A stretch of 64,000 bases of DNA from positions 1-64,000 of the IMG/VR virus record IMGVR_UViG_3300037091_000060. One strand, written 5' to 3'. This DNA is from a virus. Under the pieces are notes generated by a model that did no database searches, was not told where the DNA came from, and was given only the letters and a program-made list of their open reading frames with translations. Made by a program: the position numbers and the translations under genes. Shown here in pieces: positions 1-8,558 of this stretch (positions are counted from its first letter, which is position 1; each line of letters opens with the position of its first letter).

Positions 1-13
1 CGACTTATTCGGT

Positions 14-37
14 GAAAAAGTCGCGTAGCGATTTTTC
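14..37. terminator. Possible intrinsic terminator-like hairpin
   Basis: GAAAAAGTCGC-GTA-GCGATTTTTC stem-loop with A/T tracts on both sides; short GC stem. Confidence 0.3.
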
Positions 38-346
38 TGACAATCAGCCACGTAATCCAGATGAGCGTCGATCGATGATAAAGCATGTGTTTTGTTGAAG
101 ATGCGTCGGAAAACTTCGGTGGTTCAATTGGGTGAGCGTTAGAACGCTGTCACCGAGAATGTCACGAGCACTGTCCTCATAGGTACGGCTAAAAAGGGTC
201 ACAATTATTAAATCCTTTGTTATCAACTCACTAACCTGATTTGAGCACAATACACAGAGCGTGTGTAGCGTGCATGTCAGCTTTAGCGTCCTCGATTGTC
301 AACTTTACGGCTGCGACACCGGGTCACCGCGCTGCGCGCCGGATGG

Positions 347-697
347 TGTCATAATTGTGTCATTCGAGCGTTTATGACACTATTTTCGCGTGCAAGTCTA
401 TTGATTTGTTTATCTTACGGCGATTGTGTCATATGAATATGCCTCCGGGACAGAGAGAGACGCGCGCAAAGTGATATCAGTTTACATAATCTTAGGTTAC
501 TCTTATATACATGAAACCTTTTTGTGTACTAATTAGTAACTAAAGCCTGACATCGCATGAGAAGTGATATCACTTGCACATAGCGTTACTCTGTCCCGGA
601 GCCTTATTCATATGACACAATCCCGCTAACCTCATCAATTCAATGGTTTTACACACAAAAATTGTGTCATAAGTGGTCGAATGACACAATTATGACA
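347..697. repeat. Large imperfect inverted repeat (~110-bp arms 347-455 and 589-697, ~133-bp centre)
   Basis: Perfect reverse-complement blocks 347-367/677-697 (21 bp), 372-380/664-672, 422-439/605-622 (18 bp), 443-455/589-601 (13 bp); extra outer IR 213-227/712-726 (15 bp). Confidence 0.95.
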
Positions 698-856
698 GCA
701 TGACAGCATTTGTTGATAACAAAGGACTTGCGCAAAGTGATATCAGTTGCGCACGTGCAAAGTGATATCAGTTGTCACACTCGTGCCCGAATGCGGCTTA
801 CGCGTTTCACGAGGATGAGCCGATAACTTTTGTGCTTGACAACTGATATCAGTTGT
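468..856. promoter_or_regulatory. Five copies of AA(G/C)TGATATCA(G/C)TT operator/iteron-like palindrome
   Basis: Copies at 468-482, 562-575, 734-749, 759-774 and 839-856 (last is the perfect 18-bp palindrome ACAACTGATATCAGTTGT). Confidence 0.85.
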
Positions 857-864
857 GTTATCGT
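836..864 (+). promoter_or_regulatory. Sigma70-type promoter with operator palindrome in the spacer
   Basis: TTGACA(836-841)-17 bp-TATCGT(859-864) with extended TG; ATG 7 nt downstream. Confidence 0.75.
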
Positions 865-870
865 CACGTC

Positions 871-1257
871 ATGCGCCAATTATGCCAACACGGTCGACGT
901 CCCTCGATGTGCAGGGTCTGTGACGGCGGCTGCTTCTGTGTGCATGACCGCCAGCGTCTCACTTGCTCAACATGTGAGCCTGCCAGCGTCTTCCAGATAT
1001 ATAGGCGTGGCGCGTCGCAGCGAGGTCTCGCGTTCGTTATATCGTTAGATCAATTCAAATCGCTGGTGTCTCGGTCTTGCTTTTATTGTGGTGAGCACAG
1101 CGAACCGCGTGGTATCGATAGATGGGACAACACCGTTGGCTATGCGCTGACTAACTGTCTGCCGTGCTGCAAGGTCTGCAATCTTATGAAGGGGTCGTCT
1201 ACCGCGTCAGAGTTCATCAACAAAGCACATCAAATCGCGGCGACACACGGGCTATGA
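871..1257 (+). CDS. HNH-type endonuclease with N-terminal CxH..CxxC zinc repeats
   Basis: CFYCG..GIDRWDNTVGY..NCLPCCKVCNLMK motif; paralog of 5147-5587. Confidence 0.8.
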   Translation: MRQLCQHGRRPSMCRVCDGGCFCVHDRQRLTCSTCEPASVFQIYRRGASQRGLAFVISLDQFKSLVSRSCFYCGEHSEPRGIDRWDNTVGYALTNCLPCCKVCNLMKGSSTASEFINKAHQIAATHGL

Positions 1258-1418
1258 AGCGATTCATCACACAACTGGATGAGGCCACGCTGGCGCGCCT
1301 GCAAGCATGCGCATCAGCCACCAGCACGAGCGTCGCGCAGGTCATCCGCTTGTGCATTGAGCGTCGGCTGCCCGTAATAGAGGCAGACATCAAGCAGCAA
1401 CAGGAGAAAAACAAATGA
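1254..1418 (+). CDS. Ribbon-helix-helix (CopG/Arc-like) DNA-binding protein
   Basis: MKRFITQLDEATLARLQACA..SVAQVIRLCIE pattern; ATGA overlap with upstream gene. Confidence 0.7.
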   Translation: MKRFITQLDEATLARLQACASATSTSVAQVIRLCIERRLPVIEADIKQQQEKNK

Positions 1419-1495
1419 CAATCGTAATCGGTCTCGCTTTGTTCTACCTAATCGTGATGGCCTGCATCTTTGTGCCCCGACGACGCAAGGACTAG
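1415..1495 (+). CDS. 26-aa single-pass membrane peptide
   Basis: MTIVIGLALFYLIVMACIFVPRRRKD; GGAG SD and ATGA overlap. Confidence 0.55.
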   Translation: MTIVIGLALFYLIVMACIFVPRRRKD

Positions 1496-1537
1496 TACCA
1501 ACGTACCATTGACTCTGCCGCGCCGTCATGAGAGGAT
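1493..1537 (+). promoter_or_regulatory. Early promoter with upstream GTACC-N3-GTACC box
   Basis: TAGTACCAACGTACCA-TTGACT-17-GAGGAT (TGn extended). Confidence 0.75.
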
Positions 1538-1543
1538 GGACAC

Positions 1544-2740
1544 ATGGAAACCACACGCACCGACATCCACCGTCCCAGCCAGATCATCCCTTCCGATTAC
1601 AACTATATCGCCATCTGCGCGATGAACATTCAAGGCATAGGCGACTGCGAATTCATTCTGCGGGAACGCGAAACCATCCGCCGCCACATGGACAAAACTG
1701 GCGGCACTTACGCGCACGTGGAAACCTCTGGTTCTTGTCAAGTTTGCGGGAACGTGCAGGCAATTTATCTCGCGCTGTTCTACCACGAGGCGAGCAATTC
1801 TTATCTGCGCGTCGGTTTCGACTGCACACAAAAACTTGAGATGTCCGGCGACTTCGCGGCGTTCAATATGTTTCGCAAGAATGTTCAGAACGCGCGTGAG
1901 GCGCAAGCGGGTAAGCGCAAGGCTATCGCGATTCTCGGGGACCTAGGCCTAGCAGAGGCGTGGGATATCTTCACCGCCGATTGGCCGCTGCACTCTGATG
2001 ACTGCGCATCGAAGTCTCACACACCAGATTGCACCATCTGTGATGGCAGTGGGCAGCACGAACGGGAATTGTGCACCTGCGACGTCGACTCTCGCCGCAA
2101 GCTGTATAACTCATTCCCAGAGTCCACCATTCGCGACATCGTCGGCAAGCTGGTGAAGTACGGCAGCGTCTCCCCCAAACAGACCGACTTTATCGGCAAG
2201 TTACTCAAGCAGATTGCAGATCGTCCGATAGTGGAAGCACAACGGCAGGCGGAAGCTGATGCCGCTGGCCCGGTTCCTACTGGCCGGGTTCAGATGACGG
2301 GCACCGTGTTATCAGTGAAGCAAGTCGAGGGTCGCGCGTTCTCTTACCATGATGACGGCGTTCGCACCAAGCTGCTCATCAAACTGGAAAATGGTTCGAA
2401 GGTGTACGGCAACCGTTTCGCGAATATCGACAAGGGCGACAACGTCACGTTCACCGCCACCGTGGAAGCATCTAAGACCGATGCGAAATTTGGGTTTTAC
2501 AAACGCGCGTCGCTACCCGCCACTGAACCGACCGAGACCGCGAAGCGCAACAAGAAGGCGATAGCAAAATTAAAACGCGTCATGAAGGCCGCTGGCATGA
2601 TAAGCGCGAAGGGCATGGCCTTCAGCGCGTGGGAGCAACAGCAGAACGGCACACCGGAACTGTACACAGCGTACGTGGAACTGAGCAATCTTCAAAACGA
2701 ATTGTACACCGAGATCGAGGACAGCAACCAATTGAGATAA
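1544..2740 (+). CDS. Hypothetical early protein with Cys/His zinc motifs and possible C-terminal OB-fold
   Basis: 398-aa ORF right after promoter; CxxC, GxDC; beta-rich C-terminus (GTVLSVK..KGDNVTFTATV). Confidence 0.75.
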   Translation: METTRTDIHRPSQIIPSDYNYIAICAMNIQGIGDCEFILRERETIRRHMDKTGGTYAHVETSGSCQVCGNVQAIYLALFYHEASNSYLRVGFDCTQKLEMSGDFAAFNMFRKNVQNAREAQAGKRKAIAILGDLGLAEAWDIFTADWPLHSDDCASKSHTPDCTICDGSGQHERELCTCDVDSRRKLYNSFPESTIRDIVGKLVKYGSVSPKQTDFIGKLLKQIADRPIVEAQRQAEADAAGPVPTGRVQMTGTVLSVKQVEGRAFSYHDDGVRTKLLIKLENGSKVYGNRFANIDKGDNVTFTATVEASKTDAKFGFYKRASLPATEPTETAKRNKKAIAKLKRVMKAAGMISAKGMAFSAWEQQQNGTPELYTAYVELSNLQNELYTEIEDSNQLR

Positions 2741-2751
2741 TCGCATACGCC

Positions 2752-2796
2752 TAGTACCAACGTACCATTGACTCAAATCAGGTGTTGTGATATCAT
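2752..2796 (+). promoter_or_regulatory. Early promoter with GTACC box
   Basis: TAGTACCAACGTACCA-TTGACT-17-TATCAT; 23 nt identical to the 1493 copy. Confidence 0.8.
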
Positions 2797-2817
2797 CTTA
2801 ACAGTGAGGAAAACAAA

Positions 2818-3033
2818 ATGCGAGTCAGAGTAAACAGCATCTACCGCTTCAACCTGGGTTTCATGGACCGTAACAGCGGCATCGAGGTGGGTGCTCTGGT
2901 TCGCGTTATTAATCTTCGCGGCTGCCCACCAGCGAACACGATGGGCCAGTGCTACGTTGTCGACGCGGACAACGCGAAGGGCGACACCAGCAATTTTGAG
3001 ATGGTCGACACAGGAAGTTTGGAGGCACGATAA
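2818..3033 (+). CDS. Hypothetical protein
   Basis: GAGG SD, follows promoter, coupled to next gene. Confidence 0.65.
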   Translation: MRVRVNSIYRFNLGFMDRNSGIEVGALVRVINLRGCPPANTMGQCYVVDADNAKGDTSNFEMVDTGSLEAR

Positions 3034-3464
3034 TGAAAACTCTTCTCATGGCAATCTTTACGACGGTCTTGATTTTGTCACTCTCAGCGGTAGGAACTAA
3101 GGCTACACCCCTTACAGGAGGAAAACTTCTCATCGACTGCAAGGTCCTTGGTGTGGCAAATGCGCCGAATGCCCCCGAGCCTAGCGCGATAGAGAGTTTT
3201 GACGGGGGCATGTGTCTCGGATACATGTTAGGTTATATGGAAGGCGTAAACGACATGATGGTGGTGATTGATAAGGTGCTAGTCACCGTCGTATTCCGCG
3301 AGGGCGTCACACCGGGACAGATGGCACGAGTGTACGTCATCTACATGGCAAAGCATCCCGAGGAAGAGACTAACAGCGCAGCGCAGACCGTCACCAATGC
3401 GATGTTCGACGCTAAACTGGTGACCGTGGTTCCAGTGAAGTCCGAGACGCCGACACTTCAGTAG
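3033..3464 (+). CDS. Exported Rap1a/Tai-like immunity-family protein
   Basis: Signal peptide, TGGKLLIDC..CLGY..G, VTPGQ..VYVIYMAKHPE..A pattern. Confidence 0.6.
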   Translation: MKTLLMAIFTTVLILSLSAVGTKATPLTGGKLLIDCKVLGVANAPNAPEPSAIESFDGGMCLGYMLGYMEGVNDMMVVIDKVLVTVVFREGVTPGQMARVYVIYMAKHPEEETNSAAQTVTNAMFDAKLVTVVPVKSETPTLQ

Positions 3465-3468
3465 GTGG

Positions 3469-3513
3469 TAGTACCGACGTACCATTGACCATAAACTCGA
3501 TTCATGAGATAGT
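3469..3513 (+). promoter_or_regulatory. Early promoter with GTACC box
   Basis: TAGTACCGACGTACCA-TTGACC-17-GATAGT. Confidence 0.75.
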
Positions 3514-3530
3514 GTTAATAGGAGAACACA

Positions 3531-3725
3531 ATGGCACACGACGCAGGCGGTGAAATCATGAGCGAAAGCAAACGACTGACCCGCGTGCTTGTATTAGAGC
3601 AATTGCAGTACAGGTATGACCACGCGGTAGCCAAGGCCGCCGAGTTGAAGAAACGTTACGACCGCGCTGTGCAGGACCGCATCGCGGTGCACGAAGCAAT
3701 TATGAAGTTCAAGGGGCAATCATGA
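3531..3725 (+). CDS. Hypothetical coiled-coil protein
   Basis: AGGAG SD after promoter. Confidence 0.6.
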   Translation: MAHDAGGEIMSESKRLTRVLVLEQLQYRYDHAVAKAAELKKRYDRAVQDRIAVHEAIMKFKGQS

Positions 3726-4018
3726 ACTGCGAAACCTGCAATGTGAAGATACCCACGCTACACACGCGACTGATGCGCGTCAATTCAGAGTTGTGGCAAG
3801 TCGGGTTGGAGTATTACACCACACTCGCATATCCACTAGGCGCAGTCGAGCGCATCCTTTCTAAACACGGGTTCGCTATCTCAGATGCGCCTGACGTAAC
3901 GGTATGCGCTGGCGTCGACGGCAGACGCCACACCGAGATCGGCGACGGCAAATGGCTGAGTCTCACGTGGCACCGTATGGAGTCCGGACGTTTCGAAATT
4001 GTAGTATATGTGAACTAA
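3722..4018 (+). CDS. Hypothetical protein
   Basis: ATGA overlap; WHRMESGRFEIVVYV C-terminus. Confidence 0.65.
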   Translation: MNCETCNVKIPTLHTRLMRVNSELWQVGLEYYTTLAYPLGAVERILSKHGFAISDAPDVTVCAGVDGRRHTEIGDGKWLSLTWHRMESGRFEIVVYVN

Positions 4019-4019
4019 A

Positions 4020-4541
4020 ATGAGACAGAATATGTTCACAGACGCGGAAGAAAAAGTTATAACAGAATTTTATTCTGAGGGCCTATCATCTCATGACGTC
4101 GCGAAAATATGTAAATGCACATTGCAGACAGTTCTTCATATCGTCCGCAGGCAAGGCGGGGCTGTCCGTGGTAAATGGGATAATCACAAGATATATTTTC
4201 GCAACAAAGACCGCGAATGCAGTTTGCGCCAGCTTTACGATTTATCGGCAGAAGATATGGATTGGATGCACAAACATCAGAGTGGTGAGTGTTTGTGGTG
4301 CACCGCCAAACTACCAACAGACTCATTGAAGTGTGTAGTAGATCATATTGGCGGGGTAGAGACGCGCGGCGACCGTACTAAAGTTCGCGGACTTGTGTGT
4401 TCAGTCAAATGTAACTATATCGCGGGCATCGTCGAGAATGACTATATCCAGAACAAAGATTTTGGATTACTAGCGTCGTTCGTAGCACGTGTGCGCCATG
4501 TGATGAAATTTAATAAAGGGAGCCTTTCATATGTCAACTAA
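4020..4541 (+). CDS. HTH + endonuclease VII-like homing endonuclease
   Basis: N-terminal HTH; YDLS..QSGECLWC..VVDH..VRGLVC..CN; AT-rich. Confidence 0.75.
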   Translation: MRQNMFTDAEEKVITEFYSEGLSSHDVAKICKCTLQTVLHIVRRQGGAVRGKWDNHKIYFRNKDRECSLRQLYDLSAEDMDWMHKHQSGECLWCTAKLPTDSLKCVVDHIGGVETRGDRTKVRGLVCSVKCNYIAGIVENDYIQNKDFGLLASFVARVRHVMKFNKGSLSYVN

Positions 4542-4826
4542 CGCCACACTCGTTTGCGCACGCTGCGCGCGACCAGCACGAGAACAACGCAAGATCGGTG
4601 CTTACACGTATTGCACCGACTGTGCCGATAAAGTTCGAGAGGCGAAGCCATGAGCATAGGCTACGAGAATGATAGATGTCACTTCTGCCATAAGAAGAAC
4701 GCGGGACACGCGCGTGCAGAGGATTCGAAACCCGGTGGCCCGTACTTCGATGCGTGCGAATCGTGCGCAAAGAAGCAATACCCAGAGCAGGGTACTGGTA
4801 CCGATGCACCATTGACTCGAAACTGA
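4531..4826 (+). CDS. Two small CxxC..CxxC zinc-ribbon ORFs (4531-4653, 4650-4826)
   Basis: MSTNATLVCARC..YCTDC and MSIGYENDRCHFC..ACESC; ATGA-coupled; below ORF-track size cutoff. Confidence 0.55.
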
Positions 4827-4840
4827 ACTTATGAGATATT
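4796..4840 (+). promoter_or_regulatory. Early promoter with degenerate GTACC box
   Basis: TGGTACCGATGCACCA-TTGACT-17-GATATT. Confidence 0.7.
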
Positions 4841-4859
4841 GTTACCAGAGGAAAACACA

Positions 4860-5150
4860 GTGCTTAGTTTAATCAGGGAGTGGCAGTGGGTAAACGAACT
4901 AAGAGTGTGGCTTTCGAAGCCTGTACCAGAAATCTTTGTGGAGCGTCATGCGGGAGAAGAGATAGCACAGTGCAATGACTGCCACCGTTTGCTAAAGATT
5001 CGTTACTTCAATAGGCTCATTATACATCTGAGGAACGACCACAAGCTGTCTACAGATGCCGCTATCGAGACTACCACATGGATTATGAATAGAGTGGACC
5101 GCGCGAATGCGGAACACGCGAGACTAGCGAATCAAATGGGAAAATTATGA
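4860..5150 (+). CDS. Hypothetical C2H2-like zinc-finger protein
   Basis: CNDC..HLRNDH; GAGG SD before GTG. Confidence 0.6.
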   Translation: MLSLIREWQWVNELRVWLSKPVPEIFVERHAGEEIAQCNDCHRLLKIRYFNRLIIHLRNDHKLSTDAAIETTTWIMNRVDRANAEHARLANQMGKL

Positions 5151-5587
5151 AGTGTAAACACAACCAATATCGTACCCGCTGTAAAGAGTGTGGCGGTGGC
5201 AGCATTTGTGAACACAAACGACGACGATATACGTGCAGAGAGTGCAAAGGCGGTCGTTTTTGTGAACACAGCCGACAATGCAACACCTGCTCGATATGCA
5301 AACCCAGCGGTGCTTTCAAGTTATATAAATATGCTGCAACCCAGAAAAATCAGGATTTTACTCTATCATTAGATGATTTCAAGTCGTTGGTAATCCAGCC
5401 GTGCGTTTACTGCGGCGAACAAGAGAAGCCACGTGGCATTGATCGGTGGGATAACTCTATTGGTTATACGTTAGAGAACAGTCGCCCCTGCTGTGAAATA
5501 TGTAATTACGCGAAACGAATGACGCGCGGTGACCTTTTCGTGGAGTGGTTGCAGCGCGCAGCAAATTATACGAAGGGGAAGCTGTGA
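5147..5587 (+). CDS. HNH-type endonuclease with three CxH..CxxC repeats
   Basis: CKH..CKECGG/CEH..CRECKG/CEH..CSIC then CVYCG..GIDRWDNSIGY..PCCEICN. Confidence 0.8.
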   Translation: MKCKHNQYRTRCKECGGGSICEHKRRRYTCRECKGGRFCEHSRQCNTCSICKPSGAFKLYKYAATQKNQDFTLSLDDFKSLVIQPCVYCGEQEKPRGIDRWDNSIGYTLENSRPCCEICNYAKRMTRGDLFVEWLQRAANYTKGKL

Positions 5588-5696
5588 ACCATATGAGTTA
5601 TGCGGCCTACCTGTTGATTCTGATTATATCAGGCGTGGGGCTGCTGGCAGTCGACATCTACATCCTAATTACGAACTGGTTTTCGAGGGAGTTAAA

Positions 5697-5963
5697 GTGA
5701 AAGATCATCTGAATCCAATGCAAGATATTCACGACTTAGCAGATTTGTTCATCGACCGATACATTGCGGGTAACCCCACCGTGCCGACTATGCACGTGTT
5801 CATCAACGCGGACTCAAAATACCTCCACGGCAAGCTGGCATCAGGCAAGGCAATCTTCCGCACCGAGATCGAGGGCGCGCAGGTATTCTTAACTGAAGAG
5901 GACCTTGGCATGGAAGGCACCTACTTACCTGCACCGTTCTTTCTGATTCAAGGGAGCAAATAA
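5697..5963 (+). CDS. Hypothetical protein (preceded by a small membrane ORF 5584-5700)
   Basis: GTGA overlap start inside track ORF 5529-5963. Confidence 0.55.
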   Translation: MKDHLNPMQDIHDLADLFIDRYIAGNPTVPTMHVFINADSKYLHGKLASGKAIFRTEIEGAQVFLTEEDLGMEGTYLPAPFFLIQGSK

Positions 5964-6444
5964 TGTTCAAAGACATTTACACTTTTCCGATAAAGGAATT
6001 AAAACTCAGCCGCTGCGAAATGATTACCACGCTGAACTACCACCGTCGGTTGGAGCGCATCGCTAACCCCGAGGTCGACAGTTCATGCGGTCCCGTTCGT
6101 TCGATGCTGCTGGTGACCTGCGCGGAGCCTTCAAAGGCACGCTACATCGGTTACACGGTAGCAGGTAAGCAGATAATCGAGGAGGTAGCACTGTGAGCGA
6201 CAACTACAGCGACATCACACCGACGGGTTTCACCACTAACGCGGCGGACACGTCTGCACCACAAGCGAAATCCACCCAGCGCGAGAACGCGCGCGAGTAC
6301 GAGGCCGCCTTACAACATCTGGACAACGAGATATTCAGGCTGCTCATTAAACGCGAGCGAGAACTGGACGCGCTGCGCGCAGCCAGCGAGGGACTCGCGA
6401 AACAGAACTTCGAATTGCTCAAAGAGACCGTACCGGAGTACTAG
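5963..6444 (+). CDS. Two hypothetical proteins (5963-6196, 6193-6444)
   Basis: Coupled starts with GGAG/GGAGG SD. Confidence 0.6.
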
Positions 6445-6450
6445 GCCAAA

Positions 6451-6495
6451 AGTACCACGAGGTACTATTGCATTCTCCTCTGGGTGTGATATACT
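6451..6495 (+). promoter_or_regulatory. Promoter with palindromic AGTACC-N4-GGTACT box
   Basis: TTGCAT-16-TATACT with TG; ATG 7 nt downstream. Confidence 0.65.
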
Positions 6496-6501
6496 TTAAA
6501 C

Positions 6502-6702
6502 ATGGAAAACATCATAGCAATTTGTAAAGACTGCGGCAACGGCACACTGAACGGAAAGACGAACCCTCAGTTCCATATGTATGAGGGCAGGTATAACGAC
6601 GTGGTCGTCTGCAACCGCTGCGACAGCAGCCACGTGGATGTAGTCTCCACCGGGGACGCGGACGATGTTGAATTCGAGAACCGCTACGGGGTAGGTGAAT
6701 AA
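6502..6702 (+). CDS. Small zinc-ribbon protein
   Basis: CKDCG..CNRC. Confidence 0.65.
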   Translation: MENIIAICKDCGNGTLNGKTNPQFHMYEGRYNDVVVCNRCDSSHVDVVSTGDADDVEFENRYGVGE

Positions 6703-6833
6703 TGGACATCCGCCGCGCAGTGATGATGGCGAAGGACTGCATGAACTACCACGGCCTGCACAACAGCGGGTGGCGGTTCGAACTGGACAACGCGAAACGC
6801 CGCATGGGCGTTTGCAAAATCTGGGTACACTGA
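6702..6833 (+). pseudogene. Possible truncated N-terminus of a SprT-like protein
   Basis: ..CMNYHGLHNSGWRFELDNAKRRMGVC then stop before any HExxH. Confidence 0.45.
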
Positions 6834-6838
6834 TTAAG

Positions 6839-6982
6839 ATGAAAGTCAGACGACAGTTTGACAAAGCTACCGAGGCCCGCCGCGCGGCACGATTGCACGC
6901 GGCGAAGCCCGGGGCTACACGCAAGATCGAAGATAAGCGACGCAAGGCACCGAAGCACGCCAAGCCGTTGCAGGAGGAATAA
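6839..6982 (+). CDS. Small very basic protein
   Basis: MKVRRQFDKATEARRAAR..KRRKAPKH, 47 aa. Confidence 0.55.
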   Translation: MKVRRQFDKATEARRAARLHAAKPGATRKIEDKRRKAPKHAKPLQEE

Positions 6983-6983
6983 A

Positions 6984-7311
6984 ATGTTCTGGCAATTTTC
7001 GAGCACGAAGTTGGGCGTTCTACTGGGTGCCGTGTTATTCATCGGATGGGTTCTGGGCGCGTACTCAGCGGTGTTGGTGATGTTGTGGTAGACCTTTTGC
7101 TATTAGGTGTTATGGTGGCCGGGGCTATCGTGCTGGTACTCTGCATCAAATCGGCGAACCGCGAATGAGGACCCGTCTGCGCGTGTACACAATCGCGACG
7201 CTGCTCACCTCTGGGCTGTTCTTGGTGGTCGCCTACTTCATTGTACATGCGCTTAATGTACTCTTCGGGCATCCTACGCCGAGTCATTACAACGTGACAA
7301 AACTTTTGTAA
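6984..7311 (+). CDS. Three tandem single-TM microproteins (6984-7091, 7085-7168, 7165-7311)
   Basis: AGGAGG SD, overlapping start/stop codons, each with a hydrophobic helix. Confidence 0.6.
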
Positions 7312-7336
7312 ATTGAAAACGAAAGAGGAAAATAAT

Positions 7337-7774
7337 ATGGCGACACAATTCAAAGTCGGAGACAGGGTTCGCATTCCTGAATCATTAAACGATTGCTGGG
7401 TAGGCGAAGGCGAGGTGTATAACCTCTATCATCCTGAAAGTCGCAGTGTCGGCGTTCGCATGACTAGTGGCGCACATACCGGAGATGAGGGTGGCTTCGA
7501 TAAGGATAAGGTCGTACTGCTCTCCTTTGGAGTCCCCGCAATGCAGATCACCAAGATCAAACGTAGCAGCCAGAAGACCGGGCTGAAGGTGTACGGCGTA
7601 GTTCGCAGTACCTCCGGCAAGGATTACAACTTCGCTTACATCCGCCGTTCGAATTTTCGCGGGTGGATTTGTTCTTGCGAGAATTTCTTTTTCACGATGT
7701 TTAAAAAGAACCGCAATTGCAAGCACATTAAGTTCGTGCGTCAAGAAGTCGGACGTTACGCGAGCAAGGCCTAA
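7337..7774 (+). CDS. SWIM zinc-finger protein
   Basis: WICSC..CKHI motif; N-terminal FKVGDRVR SH3-like segment. Confidence 0.7.
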   Translation: MATQFKVGDRVRIPESLNDCWVGEGEVYNLYHPESRSVGVRMTSGAHTGDEGGFDKDKVVLLSFGVPAMQITKIKRSSQKTGLKVYGVVRSTSGKDYNFAYIRRSNFRGWICSCENFFFTMFKKNRNCKHIKFVRQEVGRYASKA

Positions 7775-7911
7775 GGAGGATAACATGAGCAAATCATGGA
7801 AGCAACCGAAGTGGCACACAGCGACACCGCAGGCGGCGATTGACCGTCTACGCATGCAGGACGCCAAATCAGAGATTCGCGAGGCCCTAAAGCCTCGTCA
7901 GGAGGCATCAC

Positions 7912-8130
7912 GTGGACAATAGACATCGACAGAACCTAGATAACTATATCACTGGGCGCTACGGCGAGGACCAGTTCCGCAGCGATTTCTGGCCCGACTT
8001 ATCCGCGCACCAAGAATATTGGGAGCACCGCAATCTCTCGGACGTCTATGAATACGACCCGACCGACGATGGCCCCGAGGTCGGGATCATCAACCGCGTC
8101 AACATCGCAATATTTCATCAGGACTTGTGA
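7912..8130 (+). CDS. Hypothetical protein
   Basis: AGGAGG SD before GTG. Confidence 0.6.
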   Translation: MDNRHRQNLDNYITGRYGEDQFRSDFWPDLSAHQEYWEHRNLSDVYEYDPTDDGPEVGIINRVNIAIFHQDL

Positions 8131-8558
8131 ACGAGCAATCCAAAGAACGCGCGCGCGCCAAACGGCTGATGGACAGCTACAAGCTGACCATCGCGCAGTA
8201 CGATATCATCTGGAATTTTCAAGGCGGTATTTGTTACGCGTGCCGCCAACCGGAACCAGTCAAAGGCCGCCGTCTATCTGTTGACCACTGCCACACGACC
8301 GGATTGATACGCGGGCTGTTGTGCAGCCGCTGCAATCCCATCGTCGGCAAATTGGAAAACGCGTTCAAGCGTTATGGTCTGGGCAAGGTCACGGGACTGG
8401 ATGTGCAGATATTAGCCAGTCGAATCGCCACCTACTTGTGGGAGCCGCCAGCCACTAAAGCGTTGGGCTACAATCACTTCGGATACTCGGGAAAAACTGG
8501 CACCAAGGCGCATCGCAAGCGGCTACGCAAGGAACGTAAAACTAGTGACCCTAATTAG
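8127..8558 (+). CDS. Endonuclease VII-like nuclease
   Basis: YKLT..QY..QGGICYAC..RLSVDHCHTTGLIRGLLCSRCN. Confidence 0.9.
   Translation: MNEQSKERARAKRLMDSYKLTIAQYDIIWNFQGGICYACRQPEPVKGRRLSVDHCHTTGLIRGLLCSRCNPIVGKLENAFKRYGLGKVTGLDVQILASRIATYLWEPPATKALGYNHFGYSGKTGTKAHRKRLRKERKTSDPN

Noticed and set aside
347-697. MITE or Tn7/Mu-like element (TGT...ACA ends)
   Set aside because: No target-site duplication, symmetry continues past the TGT/ACA, and no transposase present
468-856. Mini CRISPR array
   Set aside because: Repeats are only 14-18 bp with very uneven spacing; no cas genes (28637 is a generic PD-(D/E)xK nuclease)
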